A stretch of DNA of 52,555 bases from Actibacterium sp. (GCA_016278285.1 JADQCD010000127.1:1-52555); one strand, 5' to 3'. Positions 1-9,981 are shown, counted from the first letter of the stretch. Made by a program: numbers and translations. Notes: generated by a model from the letters alone, not told the origin.

Positions 1-567
1 CCGGTGATGCTGCGGCGCCTCGGTGCGGCCAAGCCGGCCGTAAAGGGCGCGCATGGTGGGCCCCAGTTGCAGCCATACCGTCTCGGCCATGGCCAGCATC
101 GCCGGCGCCTGGGCACGCAGATAAAGGGTTCGGTGAAATTCCAGGTTGGCGCGGATGTATCCCACCGCATCCTTGCGGGCGACGACCTCGGCAATGGAGG
201 AATTGATCGTCTGCAAGCGTTCGATCAGGGCCAGATGCGCCCGCGGCAGGGCGCGCGCGGCCAGTTCGGGTTCAAGCAAGGCACGCAGCGCGGCCAGTTC
301 CTCGATCCGTTCATTCGACAGCTCGGGTGTGGCCACCCGGCCCGAGGAGGACAGCGAAAGCGCGCCTTCGGCGACCAGCCGGCGCATCGCCTCTCGGGCG
401 GGGGTCATCGACACGTCGAATTGCCGGCCGATGCCACGCAGCGTCATCGACGCGCCCGGCGTCAGCTCGCCATGCATGATCCGGCTGCGCAGCGTGCGAT
501 AGATGCGGTCATGCGCGGCGCTGCCGCTGTCGGCGGGACGGGGGGGCTGCATCAACATGGCATTCAT
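1..567 (-). CDS. GntR family transcriptional regulator (FCD-type), 3' end outside window
   Basis: My own minus-strand translation from ATG at 567 gives MNAMLMQPPRPADSGSAAHDRIYRTLRSRIMHGELTPG...GRQFDVSMTPAREAMRRLVAEGAL... This is a typical GntR wHTH followed by a helical FCD-like region. It is open to position 1 and absent from the ORF track because no stop lies in the window. Confidence 0.8.
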   Translation of the reverse strand, partial: MNAMLMQPPRPADSGSAAHDRIYRTLRSRIMHGELTPGASMTLRGIGRQFDVSMTPAREAMRRLVAEGALSLSSSGRVATPELSNERIEELAALRALLEPELAARALPRAHLALIERLQTINSSIAEVVARKDAVGYIRANLEFHRTLYLRAQAPAMLAMAETVWLQLGPTMRALYGRLGRTEAPQHHR

Positions 568-589
568 GTGATCACATAAATCCGCGCAG

Positions 590-1297
590 TCAATCGAAGA
601 AACGATAGCGATGCAGCGTGGCGCCTTCGCGCCGCAGCCAGGTGCGCGGCGCCTCATGGCCCGGGCAAAGCTGCGCAACCAGCGCCCAGAACGCCGGCGA
701 ATGGTTCATCTGCTCCAGATGGGCGACCTCATGCGCGGCGACATATTCAAGCACGGCGGCCGGCGCCATCACCAGCCGCCAGGAATACATCAGATCCCCA
801 GAAGCCGAACACGATCCCCAGCGCGACCGGGTGTCGCGCAACGTCAGGCGTCGATACCCCCGGCCCAATGCGGCCGCGTGCCGGTCCGAGGCCGCCGCCA
901 GCCGGTCACGCGCCGCCTGTTTCAGAAATGCCTGCACGCGGCGCCCTGCCCTTGCCGGATCGCCGGGCACAAGCAACTGTCCGCGCTCGACCCGCGGACC
1001 CCGCCCATCCCCGGGCACCACCGCAAGCGTGCGCCCTTCGAACGGCACCGTCTGCCCGTGCCCCACCACCACGGCCGCGGGCCGCGTTCGAAGATGGTCC
1101 AGGATCCAGCTTTCCCTTTCGTGCAGAAAGGACAGCCCTTCCTTCAGCGACGCGCGGAGCGGAAGCGTCAACGTCACCTTGCCGTCAAGCTGCGAGATCC
1201 GCAGCGAATAGCGCCGGGCACGCGCCGACCGGCGCAGCGCCACCGCGATTCCCGGCGCGCCGGGCAATCTGGTGCTGGACGGGGTGTCGCGGCTCAT
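590..1297 (-). CDS. YgjP-like (DUF45/M48 family) metal-dependent hydrolase
   Basis: In the ORF 590..1546 frame. Start placed at the internal ATG at 1297 (MSRDTPSS...). HExxH zinc motif (AAHEVAHLEQMNHSPAFW) lies near the C-terminus, as in YgjP/SprT-like proteins. Confidence 0.8.
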   Translation of the reverse strand: MSRDTPSSTRLPGAPGIAVALRRSARARRYSLRISQLDGKVTLTLPLRASLKEGLSFLHERESWILDHLRTRPAAVVVGHGQTVPFEGRTLAVVPGDGRGPRVERGQLLVPGDPARAGRRVQAFLKQAARDRLAAASDRHAAALGRGYRRLTLRDTRSRWGSCSASGDLMYSWRLVMAPAAVLEYVAAHEVAHLEQMNHSPAFWALVAQLCPGHEAPRTWLRREGATLHRYRFFD

Positions 1298-1444
1298 GGG
1301 CTGGACTTTAACAGCGGGCACGGACCTGCGCAGCCACAAATCGAAACCATCCTCCGCACCGGAACAAAAGGGCTTTGACAGCCCCATGGACTTGTGGCAG
1401 TTGGCTGCGACTCTGAACAGCCAATGACGATCGAGGGGAATCCC

Positions 1445-1783
1445 ATGCCCAAGGACGAATGGGGCGTCAAGCGCGTCTGCCCGAACTGCTCGACCCGCTT
1501 TTACGACCTTCAGCGTAATCCGATGACATGCCCTTCCTGCGGGCATAGCTTCTCGCTCGAGAGCCTGACCAGCGGCAAGGGGCGGACACTGGTGGCCGAC
1601 AAGTCGGATGCCAAAAGCGCGACCAGCGACACCAAGGAAACAACCGAAGGCTCCGAGGTCGTGCTTGACGACGACGATACCGAAGTCGATCTCGGCGACG
1701 ACGTTCTTGAAGATGACGAGGATGACGACAACGTGTCGCTTGACGACATCGCCGACGTGTCCTCCGAAGACGAGGACAGTTGA
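1445..1783 (+). CDS. TIGR02300/FYDLN_acid family zinc-ribbon protein with acidic tail
   Basis: MPKDEWGVKRVCPNCSTRFYDLQRNPMTCPSCGH has two CxxC pairs and the FYDL motif, followed by a D/E-rich C-terminal tail. Start moved to ATG at 1445. Confidence 0.75.
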   Translation: MPKDEWGVKRVCPNCSTRFYDLQRNPMTCPSCGHSFSLESLTSGKGRTLVADKSDAKSATSDTKETTEGSEVVLDDDDTEVDLGDDVLEDDEDDDNVSLDDIADVSSEDEDS

Positions 1784-1841
1784 ACATCCGGACCGGGATT
1801 TTTCACTTGAACTCGACCCGGTGATTCCATACAGACACGCG

Positions 1842-1861
1842 GGCAGGCTTTCAGGCCTGCC
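1842..1861 (+). terminator. GC-rich hairpin downstream of the zinc-ribbon gene, just before the tRNA
   Basis: GGCAGGC (1842-1848) pairs with GCCTGCC (1855-1861) around a 6-nt loop. There is no clear T-tract, so its role as a terminator is uncertain. Confidence 0.3.
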
Positions 1862-1870
1862 GCATCGGTT

Positions 1871-1946
<76 letters not shown>

Positions 1947-2568
1947 TCCCGCACTTTTTGGGTGAAATGTCCGCTAACACCTTGAATGGAAAGGTGATTA
2001 TAGCGGTTCGATAGCCATTATCGCGGCTGTAATGCCGAGGCTCTGCGAAAGCCAGTCCAAGCACTGTTCTCTTGAAGGCCAATCTGCCATTTTCGTATAG
2101 TTTCCAAGGGCTTTCTAAAAACTCAAGCGCCGGTTCGATAAACTCCTCCAGCCTGCCCTTCGGCGGTACGATTCGAGCCGCTTTTCGGTCAGCGGCAGCT
2201 TCTCCCGCTCCAGCTTGGCGAAATTGCCTTCATAGGCTTTGATGACGCTGGCGTTGTCAGCCTCGACGATCCCACCGAAGACCTCGGGCCGCGGATGGAT
2301 CACCGGCATTCACCCGCACATGCTCGCTCCTTCCGACCCGTGATCCGAGGATTATCCGCTTTCCGACACTCTGGGGTTTTCGCGCGCAATCGGTCATTCT
2401 TGTTGCGCTTCGACGAACAAACCCTTATGCGGCACCGCAGCGAACCTGGACCCGGAAGAGATTCCGGGTGGCTCTTCCGGCCGCCGATCCGCCGGACAAC
2501 CATGGAAAATGGTGCACTTGCACGCCGATCTCGCGCAAGCCGCAGGACCGGTATCGGACAGAATTTAA

Positions 2569-4059
2569 ATGATCTCACTCGACGTTTACCGCGCCCAGTG
2601 GCTCGGCAACATTCGCGGCGACCTGCTCGCCGGGCTCGTCGTGGCGCTGGCGCTCATCCCTGAGGCCATCGCGTTTTCCATCATTGCGGGCGTCGACCCG
2701 AAGGTGGGGCTCTATGCCAGCTTCTCCATCGCCGTTATCACCGCGATCACCGGGGGGCGCCCCGGCATGATATCGGCCGCGACCGCCGCGACAGCGGTCC
2801 TGATGGTGACGCTGGTGCGCGACCATGGGCTGCAATATCTTCTGGCTGCCACCGTGCTGGCCGGTCTCTTGCAGATCGGTGCCGGGGGGCTGCGGCTGGG
2901 TTTCGTGATGCGCTACGTGTCGAAATCTGTGATGACGGGCTTCGTCAATGCGCTCGCCATCCTGATCTTCATGGCGCAGCTTCCCGAACTCGATCCGCGC
3001 GAGGTAACCTGGATCACCTATGCGCTCGTGGCGGCGGGGCTGGCGATCATCTACCTGTTTCCGCTTCTCACGACAGCGGTGCCATCACCGCTCGTCACCA
3101 TTGTCGTGCTGACAGGGCTCACTGTCGCGCTGGGGCTCGATGTGCGGACCGTGGGCGACATGGGCGCCCTGCCCGACACGCTGCCCGTGTTTCTGATCCC
3201 CGACATCCCGCTGAACCTCCAGACGCTTCAGATCATCCTGCCTTATTCGGTCGCCGTGGCGGTCGTGGGGTTGCTGGAAAGCCTGATGACGCAGAACATA
3301 GTCGACGACCTGACCGACACGAAATCGAACCGGAACCAGGAATGCGTGGGCCAGGGCCTGGCCAACACCGCCACCGGCTTAATCGGCGGGATGGCGGGCT
3401 GTGCCATGATCGGCCAGTCGATCATCAACGTGAAGTCCGGCGGGCGCGGGCGGCTGTCGTGCTTCGTGGCGGGCGTGTTCCTGCTGATCCTGGTCGTCGG
3501 TCTGGGCGACCTCGTCAGCATCATCCCGATGCCGGCGCTGGTGGCGATCATGATCATGGTCTCGATCGGCACCTTCTCGTGGTCGTCGATCAGGAACCTC
3601 GCGGTGCATCCGCGCTCCTCCTCGATCGTGATGATCGCGACGGTGGTTACCGTGGTTTACACACACAATCTCGCCATCGGTGTGCTGGTGGGCGTGCTGC
3701 TGTCGGGCATCTTCTTCGCCGGCAAGATCGCGCAGCTGTTCCGCGTCACTTCCCAGATCAGCGACGACGGGCGCGTGCGGACCTACCGGGTACAAGGGCA
3801 GCTGTTCTATGGATCGGTCGAGGACTTCATGGACGCCTTTGACTTCAAGGAGGCGCCCGAGCGCGTCGTGATCGACGTGAGCGCCGCGCATATCTGGGAT
3901 ATCAGCTCGGTACAGGCGCTGGACATGGCGATCCTCAAGTTCCGCCGCGATGGGGCCGAGGTCGAGGTCGTCGGCATGAATGCGGCGACCGAAACGCTCG
4001 TCGACCGGCTGGCCATCCACGACAAGCCCGGGGCCATGGACAGGCTGATGGCGCATTGA
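2569..4059 (+). CDS. SulP family inorganic anion transporter with C-terminal STAS domain
   Basis: 496 aa. The N-terminus ([26 protein letters not shown]) and multiple TM segments are typical of SulP. The soluble C-terminal ~120 aa look STAS-like. Confidence 0.9.
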   Translation: MISLDVYRAQWLGNIRGDLLAGLVVALALIPEAIAFSIIAGVDPKVGLYASFSIAVITAITGGRPGMISAATAATAVLMVTLVRDHGLQYLLAATVLAGLLQIGAGGLRLGFVMRYVSKSVMTGFVNALAILIFMAQLPELDPREVTWITYALVAAGLAIIYLFPLLTTAVPSPLVTIVVLTGLTVALGLDVRTVGDMGALPDTLPVFLIPDIPLNLQTLQIILPYSVAVAVVGLLESLMTQNIVDDLTDTKSNRNQECVGQGLANTATGLIGGMAGCAMIGQSIINVKSGGRGRLSCFVAGVFLLILVVGLGDLVSIIPMPALVAIMIMVSIGTFSWSSIRNLAVHPRSSSIVMIATVVTVVYTHNLAIGVLVGVLLSGIFFAGKIAQLFRVTSQISDDGRVRTYRVQGQLFYGSVEDFMDAFDFKEAPERVVIDVSAAHIWDISSVQALDMAILKFRRDGAEVEVVGMNAATETLVDRLAIHDKPGAMDRLMAH

Positions 4060-4072
4060 GGGAGGAGAGACC

Positions 4073-4927
4073 ATGACAGACAAGATCATCGCCCTGGTGG
4101 ATGGTTCAATCTATTCGGAAAGCGTCTGCCATCACGCCGCCTGGATCGCGCAACGGACGCAAGCGCCCGTCGAACTGATCCATGTGCTGGGCCGGCGCGA
4201 GGCGCCGGAGAAGACCGACCTCTCCGGCGCGATCCGGCTTGGGGCGCGGACAAGACTGATGGATGAACTGGCTGTACTGGACGCGCAGCGCGCCAAGCTT
4301 GTCAGCCACCGGGGCCGCGCGATCCTCGAGGACGCGCGCGCCATCCTCGATCAGAACGGCGTGACCGAGATCACCACGCGTCTGCGTCATGGCGATATCG
4401 TCGAGGCCATCGGCGAGATCGAGGGTGAGGCTCGCGTGATCGTCATCGGCAAGCGCGGCGAGGCCGCGGATTTCGCCAAGGGGCATCTGGGCTCGAATCT
4501 CGAACAGATCGTGCGCGCAGCGCATCGGCCCATCTTCGTCGCGTCCCGCGCCTTCAAGCCCATCGGCAATGTGCTGGTGGCCTATGACGGCGGAGCGTCC
4601 GCGAAGAAGGCTGTGGACCACATCGCACGCAGCCCGCTCTTCGCCGGGCTGGCCATCACCGTCGTGACCGTCGGCAGCGAGACGCCCGAGATCAAGAAGG
4701 GCCTCGCAGATGCGAAGGCGCTGTTGCAGGCGGCAGGCATCGACGCCCAGACACGCATCGTCGCCGGCCAGCCGGAAACCGAGCTGGGCAAGCTGGTTGA
4801 GGAAGAAGGTTTCGGCATGGTCGTCATGGGCGCCTATGGCCACAGCCGCATCCGCAGCCTGGTGATCGGCTCGACCACGACCGAAATGGTCCGCTCTTGC
4901 AGGGTTCCTGTCATTCTGATGAGGTGA
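4073..4927 (+). CDS. Universal stress protein, tandem UspA domains
   Basis: 284 aa with two USP repeats, each ending in a G-x2-G-x9-G(S/T)-like motif (VIGKRGEA...; VMGAYGHSRIRSLVIGSTT). Starts 13 nt after the SulP gene. Confidence 0.9.
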   Translation: MTDKIIALVDGSIYSESVCHHAAWIAQRTQAPVELIHVLGRREAPEKTDLSGAIRLGARTRLMDELAVLDAQRAKLVSHRGRAILEDARAILDQNGVTEITTRLRHGDIVEAIGEIEGEARVIVIGKRGEAADFAKGHLGSNLEQIVRAAHRPIFVASRAFKPIGNVLVAYDGGASAKKAVDHIARSPLFAGLAITVVTVGSETPEIKKGLADAKALLQAAGIDAQTRIVAGQPETELGKLVEEEGFGMVVMGAYGHSRIRSLVIGSTTTEMVRSCRVPVILMR

Positions 4928-4931
4928 AGCA

Positions 4932-5279
4932 ATGCCCGAGCCGACGTCAGAGCAGGTGAGAGCCCGTTTCCTTCGGCATCTTCGGGAGGAGCTCGACGCC
5001 CTGAGACAGGCCTCTGACGCCACGTCGGAGGGCCGCAGGCCGGTCGAACTGGACCAGCAAAGCGTCGGCCGCCTGAGCCGGATGGACGCGATGCAGCAAC
5101 AGGCCATGGCGGCGGCTCAGGAAGCACGCCGGCATGGACGTATCCGCGCGCTTGAGGCCGCCATCCGGCGAATACAGGCCGGCGAGTTCGGCTGGTGCGA
5201 AGATTGCGGCGGGTTCATCGGCATGCCCCGGCTGGAACTCGAACCGACCGTCATGCGATGCCGCGACTGCGCAAGCTGA
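4932..5279 (+). CDS. TraR/DksA family C4-type zinc finger protein
   Basis: 115 aa. Coiled-coil N-terminal part, then CEDCGGFIG...MRCRDC (a C4 finger). Starts 4 nt after the USP gene. Confidence 0.85.
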   Translation: MPEPTSEQVRARFLRHLREELDALRQASDATSEGRRPVELDQQSVGRLSRMDAMQQQAMAAAQEARRHGRIRALEAAIRRIQAGEFGWCEDCGGFIGMPRLELEPTVMRCRDCAS

Positions 5280-5446
5280 CACGACCTCCCCGGGCCTGCA
5301 ATCCGGACGTCGTTCGGATCCGGGCAAACGCAGGACCGTAACCCGAAGGTTCGGCTGCCGGGATCGACGCGGCTGGATGCGCTGCGCGACGTCTTGAGCG
5401 ATATCTTCCGGGAAAAATAACGCTTGCCCCGGCCGCGATCTTCTGG

Positions 5447-5470
5447 CGATATGTTTGCCGAACCATATTG
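5447..5470. promoter_or_regulatory. Possible Mo-box-like dyad upstream of modA
   Basis: CGATATG-N9-CCATATTG is an imperfect dyad (7 of 8 positions) lying 16 nt upstream of the modA ATG. It resembles the CGnTATA...TATAnCG type ModE/MopA boxes. No modE or mopA gene is present in the window. Confidence 0.3.
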
Positions 5471-5485
5471 TGTCGGAAAGTCAGC

Positions 5486-6277
5486 ATGCCCGTTTCCATC
5501 GCCCGGCGGTCGCTTCTCGCGGCGGTCGCAGCGCTCGCCCTCGCAACAGGATCCGCGTCCGCGCGGGACGATGCGCCGATTATCGCCGCCGCCTCGGACC
5601 TGCAATTCGCGATGACCGAGATCGCAGCGGCGTTCCGCGCCGAAACCGGGATGGACGTGCGGCTTTCCTTCGGCTCGACCGGTAACTTCGCGCGCCAGAT
5701 CCGCGAAGGCGCGCCCTTCCAGATCTTCATGGCGGCCGACGAGCGTTTCATCGAAGAACTGCACCGAGACGGCTTCACCCGCGACGCGGGCGATCTCTAT
5801 GCGCTCGGGCGCGTGGTGATCGTCGCGCCGCATGAATCGCCCCTTACGCCGGACACCGAACTGGACAATCTGGCCGAGTTGTTGAAGGCGGGGCAGATCA
5901 CCCGCTTCGCCATCGCCAATCCAGATCACGCCCCCTATGGCATGCGGGCGATGGAGGCGCTGAAGACCAGAGGCATCTGGGACGATCTGCAGCCTGTACT
6001 CGTGCTGGGGGAAAATGTCAGCCAGGCGGCGCAATTCGCACTATCGGGAAATGCCACCGGCGGCATCATCGCCTATTCGCTGGCGCTTGCCCCCAAGGTC
6101 GCCCCGCGCGGCACCTATGCCCTGATCCCCGAAGACTGGCATGACCCCTTGCGTCAGCGCATGGTCTTGCTGGACGAGGCGGGCGACGTGGCCGAGGCAT
6201 TCTATGCCTACATGAGCGAACCGGCAGCGCGCGCGATCATGAAGCGCTACGGCTTCGTCTTGCCCGCGGACGAGTGA
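5486..6277 (+). CDS. modA: Molybdate ABC transporter substrate-binding protein
   Basis: Signal peptide MPVSIARRSLLAAVAALALATGSASA, then a ModA-like core (AAASDLQFAM...SFGSTGNFARQI...). It is followed by modB and modC. Confidence 0.9.
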   Translation: MPVSIARRSLLAAVAALALATGSASARDDAPIIAAASDLQFAMTEIAAAFRAETGMDVRLSFGSTGNFARQIREGAPFQIFMAADERFIEELHRDGFTRDAGDLYALGRVVIVAPHESPLTPDTELDNLAELLKAGQITRFAIANPDHAPYGMRAMEALKTRGIWDDLQPVLVLGENVSQAAQFALSGNATGGIIAYSLALAPKVAPRGTYALIPEDWHDPLRQRMVLLDEAGDVAEAFYAYMSEPAARAIMKRYGFVLPADE

Positions 6278-6281
6278 CCGT

Positions 6282-6950
6282 ATGGACTGGACCGCGCTAT
6301 GGCTCTCGCTGCGGCTGGCGGGATGGACCGTCTTGTTCCTTCTGCCGGTCGGAATCGTCATGGGCCGATTTCTGGCCTATCGCCAGTTCCGCTCGAAGGG
6401 GTTGGTCGAGGCGGTGGTGATGCTGCCACTGGTGCTGCCGCCTACGGTCTTCGGCTTCTGCCTGCTGGTCGCTTTCGGCCGGAACTCCCCGGTGGGCGAT
6501 CTGTGGCAAAGCCTGTTCGGCCACCAGCTCGTGTTCAGCTTCGAGGGGCTGGTGCTCGCCTCGATCATCTTCAACCTGCCGTTTGCAATCCAGCCCGCAC
6601 AGCGCGGATTCGAAGCGGTCCCGGCCGAGCTCCGCGAAGCGGCCGCCTGTTGCGGAATGTCGCCCTTGCGGTCCTTGTGGAAGGTCGAGCTGCCGCTGGC
6701 CTGGCCGGGGCTGATGACCGCCATGGTGCTGACCTTCGCGCATACGCTGGGCGAGTTTGGCATCGTGCTGATGGTCGGCGGCTCGATTCCCGGCGAGACC
6801 AGGACCATCGCCATTTCGATCTATGACCGGGTGCAGGCCTTCGACGGGCAGTCGGCGGCGATCATGTCGGCGGTGTTGGTGACAATCTCGCTTTTCACTA
6901 TTGCGGTGACATTCTGGCTGTCGGCGCGCCTGGGGCGGGGGTTGTCCTGA
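6282..6950 (+). CDS. modB: Molybdate ABC transporter permease
   Basis: 222-aa multi-TM protein with an EAA-like loop (ELREAAACCGMSPLRSLWKVELPLA). Lies between modA and modC. Confidence 0.9.
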   Translation: MDWTALWLSLRLAGWTVLFLLPVGIVMGRFLAYRQFRSKGLVEAVVMLPLVLPPTVFGFCLLVAFGRNSPVGDLWQSLFGHQLVFSFEGLVLASIIFNLPFAIQPAQRGFEAVPAELREAAACCGMSPLRSLWKVELPLAWPGLMTAMVLTFAHTLGEFGIVLMVGGSIPGETRTIAISIYDRVQAFDGQSAAIMSAVLVTISLFTIAVTFWLSARLGRGLS

Positions 6951-8062
6951 TGGCTTTGGACGTGATGGCGGAGGCCCGGTCTCCGATCCCGCTGGATGTC
7001 GCGTTCCGGGTGGAGCCGGGGGAGGTGCTGGCACTGGTGGGCCATTCCGGGTCGGGCAAGACGACGCTGCTCAGGACCATCGCGGGGCTCTGGCGACCCG
7101 TCAGGGGGCGTGTGACGGTAAACGGCACCCGCTGGCTCGACACGGTCGCGCAGGTGGATCTCGCGCCGCATCGCCGCCGACTGGGCATCGTGTTCCAGAA
7201 TTACGCGCTTTTTCCGCACATGACGGCGGCGCAGAATGTCATGGCAGCGATGGACCGCGCCGACCCGAGGGAGGCCGAGCGCCTCCTCGATCTCGTCAAC
7301 CTGCACGGGTTATCCGACCGCATGCCCGCGCAGCTCTCGGGCGGTCAGCAGCAGCGTGTCGCGGTGGCACGGGCGCTCGCGCGCCGTCCGCAGGTGCTGT
7401 TGCTGGATGAACCCTTTTCGGCGGTGGACCGCGCCACCCGCGAAAAGCTCCATGCCGAGATCATCGCGCTGCGCGCGCATCTGAAGATGCCGGTGGTCCT
7501 GGTCACGCATGACGTGAACGAGGCCCAGCTTCTGGCCGACCGGATGGTGGTGATCGAGAAAGGGAGCGTCGTGCGCGCGGGCAGCACGGCGCAGGTGATG
7601 GCCGACCCCGACGCGCTGCGTGCCATGGGCATCCGCGAAGTGGCGGCGATGCTGCCCGCGACGGTGGCCGAGCATCTCCCCGACGGGCTGACCCGCCTCG
7701 ACGCGGCGACCGGCCCCCTGTTCCTGCCCACGGTCGAGGGCGCGCCGGGCACGCGCGTGCATGTGCGGGTCATGGCGCACGAGGTCATCCTGTCGCGCGC
7801 GCGCCCCGAAGGGCTTTCGGCGCAGAACATCCTCGCCGGTCGCGTGACCCGGGTCGTGCCGGGCGTGGGACCGGGCGTGATGGTGCATGTGACGGTCGGC
7901 GACCACGAAATCCTTGCCCGCATCACCCGCCGCGCCGCCGAACAATTGCACCTGCAACCGGGCGACACGGTCCATGCGATCCTCAAATCCATGTCGGTCG
8001 CCCGCGATCACGTTGCCCGCGCGCGCGACACGGCGCCCGACCTCAAGCAAGTCACGCGATGA
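6950..8062 (+). CDS. modC: Molybdate ABC transporter ATP-binding protein with C-terminal TOBE/Mop domain
   Basis: Walker A GHSGSGKT, signature LSGGQQQR, Walker B LLLDEP, and a C-terminal ~140 aa TOBE-like region. Its ATG overlaps the modB stop (TGATG). Confidence 0.9.
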   Translation: MALDVMAEARSPIPLDVAFRVEPGEVLALVGHSGSGKTTLLRTIAGLWRPVRGRVTVNGTRWLDTVAQVDLAPHRRRLGIVFQNYALFPHMTAAQNVMAAMDRADPREAERLLDLVNLHGLSDRMPAQLSGGQQQRVAVARALARRPQVLLLDEPFSAVDRATREKLHAEIIALRAHLKMPVVLVTHDVNEAQLLADRMVVIEKGSVVRAGSTAQVMADPDALRAMGIREVAAMLPATVAEHLPDGLTRLDAATGPLFLPTVEGAPGTRVHVRVMAHEVILSRARPEGLSAQNILAGRVTRVVPGVGPGVMVHVTVGDHEILARITRRAAEQLHLQPGDTVHAILKSMSVARDHVARARDTAPDLKQVTR

Positions 8063-8172
8063 CCTGCCCGGCGCTGGCCTTCGGACGGGTGCGGCGGTCG
8101 AAAGTGCGGGCGCGCCGATCGGTCCGGACCGGGCCGGGGCCGGCCAGCCCGCGCTGGCCGGATCGCTCGGTT

Positions 8173-8600
8173 TCACGGCGCCGCAGGTCCATATCGGACA
8201 GCAGGGATGTCACGGATGGCACGCAACCCGGTGTTCATGCCGTCTCTTGTCCGCCCGATCAGGCATCCACGGCTCCGTCCCCCTTTCAGGCCGATTCTGG
8301 GCACTATCCGATGCGATTCCAGACAGGTGGCGTCGATCATCACGGTCTTGTCTTCGCCCTGCTCGGCAGCCAGGCCGGCCATGATCCGGGCCAGAACGCC
8401 CGTCTCACTTGATCGCTTCCGCCTGTTGCAGAGCGCCTTGTGAAGACCGTATTCCGCAGGCGCCCGCGTGTCCGGTGAAACGGGTGCAATATCATTGGGT
8501 GGGAAGGCAGTTGATCCCGTCGGGTCAGTGCGCCCCTTTGCCCTCCCAGGATCGAGCGCCCCTTCCTTCGCCTTGTCGAAAATACTCCGGGGGTCTGGGG
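8173..8600 (-). pseudogene. IS5-family transposase remnant (degenerate, truncated)
   Basis: The ORF 8173..8640 translation contains ...PAEYGLHKALCNRRKRSSETGVLARIMAGLAAEQGEDKTVMIDATCLESHR...GRTRDGMNTGLRAI... This matches the conserved IS5/IS427-group N-terminal half (YNRWKRWS..GVF.RI...L......MIDAT..KAH......GRTKGGMNTKLHA). It is truncated, with no DDE C-terminal half. Confidence 0.7.
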
Positions 8601-8646
8601 GCTGGCCCCCAGCTGGCCGGGACGTGCTGGATGTTTGCAACGGGGC

Positions 8647-9909
8647 CTAAAGCGCCCGCCAGCCGATATCGCGACGATGGAACCCGCCGGGCCAATCTAT
8701 CTGGCCGACCATCTCATAGGCTCTGTCGCGTGCCTGTTGCAGGCTCGCGCCCCGCGCGGTGACGTTCAGAACCCGGCCGCCCACCGCGGTTATCTTGCCG
8801 TCCGTGGCGCGCGTTCCGGCATGGAAAACCATGCGCGCGGAATCCTCGGGTAGCGAATCCAGCCCGTTAATCACCGTGCCCTTCTCGTAGGCCCGGGGAT
8901 AACCTTTCGCGGCCATTACCACGGTCATGGCATGGTCTTCGGCCCAGTTGACGCGCGCCTGCTGCAGGCGGCCCTCGGCACAGGCCAGCAGCAGGTCCAG
9001 CGCCTGTGCGCCCAGGCGCATCATCAGAACCTGGCATTCCGGATCGCCAAAGCGTGCATTGTATTCCACCAGCCTGGGCTGGCCGTCGCGGATCATCAAT
9101 CCGGCATAAAGAACCCCCTGATAGGGGGTTCCGCGTTTCGCCATCTCGGCCACGGTCGGGCGGATGATTTCGACCATCGCCCGGTCGATCACCGTCTCGG
9201 TCATCACCGGCGCCGGCGAATAGGCGCCCATGCCGCCGGTATTCGGGCCGGTGTCGCCCTCGCCCACGCGCTTGTGGTCCTGCGCCGTGCCGAAGGGCAG
9301 CACGTTTTCGCCATCACAAAGCACGAAAAACGAGGCTTCCTCGCCCTCCATGAACTCCTCGATGACCACCTCGGCGCCCGCCGCGCCAAACTCGCCGCCG
9401 AACATGTCGTCGATGGCGGCCAGCGCCGTGTCCGGTTCCATCGCCACGATCACGCCTTTTCCGGCGGCCAACCCGTCGGCCTTGACCACGATCGGGGCGC
9501 CGTGGGCGCGGACGTAATCCTTTGCCGGCGCGGCGGCGTCGAACCGGGCCCAGGCGGCGGTGGGGGCGCCGCAGGCGTCGCAGACTTCCTTGGTAAAGGT
9601 CTTGCTGGTCTCCAGCGCCGCCGCTGCCTTGTCCGGGCCGAATACCGCGATACCGGCGGCGCGCAGGTCGTCGGCCACACCTGCGGCCAGGGGCGCCTCG
9701 GGGCCGATCACGACGAATCCGATGGCATTCTCCTCGGCAAAGGTGGCCACGGCTCCGCCGTCCTCGATGTTCAGCGTGGCGCACTCGGCGATCCGGGCGA
9801 TACCTGCATTGCCGGGGGCCACGATCAGGCGGTCGCATTTCGGGTTCTGCTGGATCGCCCAGGCCAGCGCGTGTTCGCGCCCCCCGCCGCCCAGAATCAG
9901 GATGTTCAT
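8647..9909 (-). CDS. purD: Phosphoribosylamine--glycine ligase
   Basis: 420 aa. MNILILGGGGREHALAWA... with ATP-grasp motifs throughout; a full-length PurD. Confidence 0.95.
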   Translation of the reverse strand: MNILILGGGGREHALAWAIQQNPKCDRLIVAPGNAGIARIAECATLNIEDGGAVATFAEENAIGFVVIGPEAPLAAGVADDLRAAGIAVFGPDKAAAALETSKTFTKEVCDACGAPTAAWARFDAAAPAKDYVRAHGAPIVVKADGLAAGKGVIVAMEPDTALAAIDDMFGGEFGAAGAEVVIEEFMEGEEASFFVLCDGENVLPFGTAQDHKRVGEGDTGPNTGGMGAYSPAPVMTETVIDRAMVEIIRPTVAEMAKRGTPYQGVLYAGLMIRDGQPRLVEYNARFGDPECQVLMMRLGAQALDLLLACAEGRLQQARVNWAEDHAMTVVMAAKGYPRAYEKGTVINGLDSLPEDSARMVFHAGTRATDGKITAVGGRVLNVTARGASLQQARDRAYEMVGQIDWPGGFHRRDIGWRAL

Positions 9910-9981
9910 CTGTGCCCCCGCTATTGGAGTCCGCCTTGCCGCGTTCTAAGCTGCCGCCGGACCCAAGACAAGCGAGCACCG

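Noticed and set aside
540-546. Apparent missing start codon or frameshift in the GntR gene at a G7 homopolymer
   Set aside because: I first miscounted the run as six. With seven G (540-546), the ATG at 567 is in frame with the wHTH domain, so no frameshift is needed.
4-579. 191-aa plus-strand ORF at the left edge
   Set aside because: Its composition is Arg/Gly/Gln-rich and unlike a real protein. The opposite strand encodes a clear GntR regulator, so this is an antisense artefact of high GC.
5280-5485. Possible Moco riboswitch or other leader RNA upstream of modA
   Set aside because: I could not recognise the conserved Moco-motif elements by eye. Only small generic hairpins are present. A covariance-model scan (Rfam) would be needed to exclude it formally.
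5117-6034. 305-aa minus-strand ORF opposite traR/modA
   Set aside because: It is antisense to two well-supported genes and has no motifs.
8932-9981. N-terminal 350 aa of the 839-aa ORF 8932..11451
   Set aside because: It lies entirely antisense to purD and has a low-complexity Arg/Gly/His composition. Recognisable XseA sequence begins at ATG 9982.
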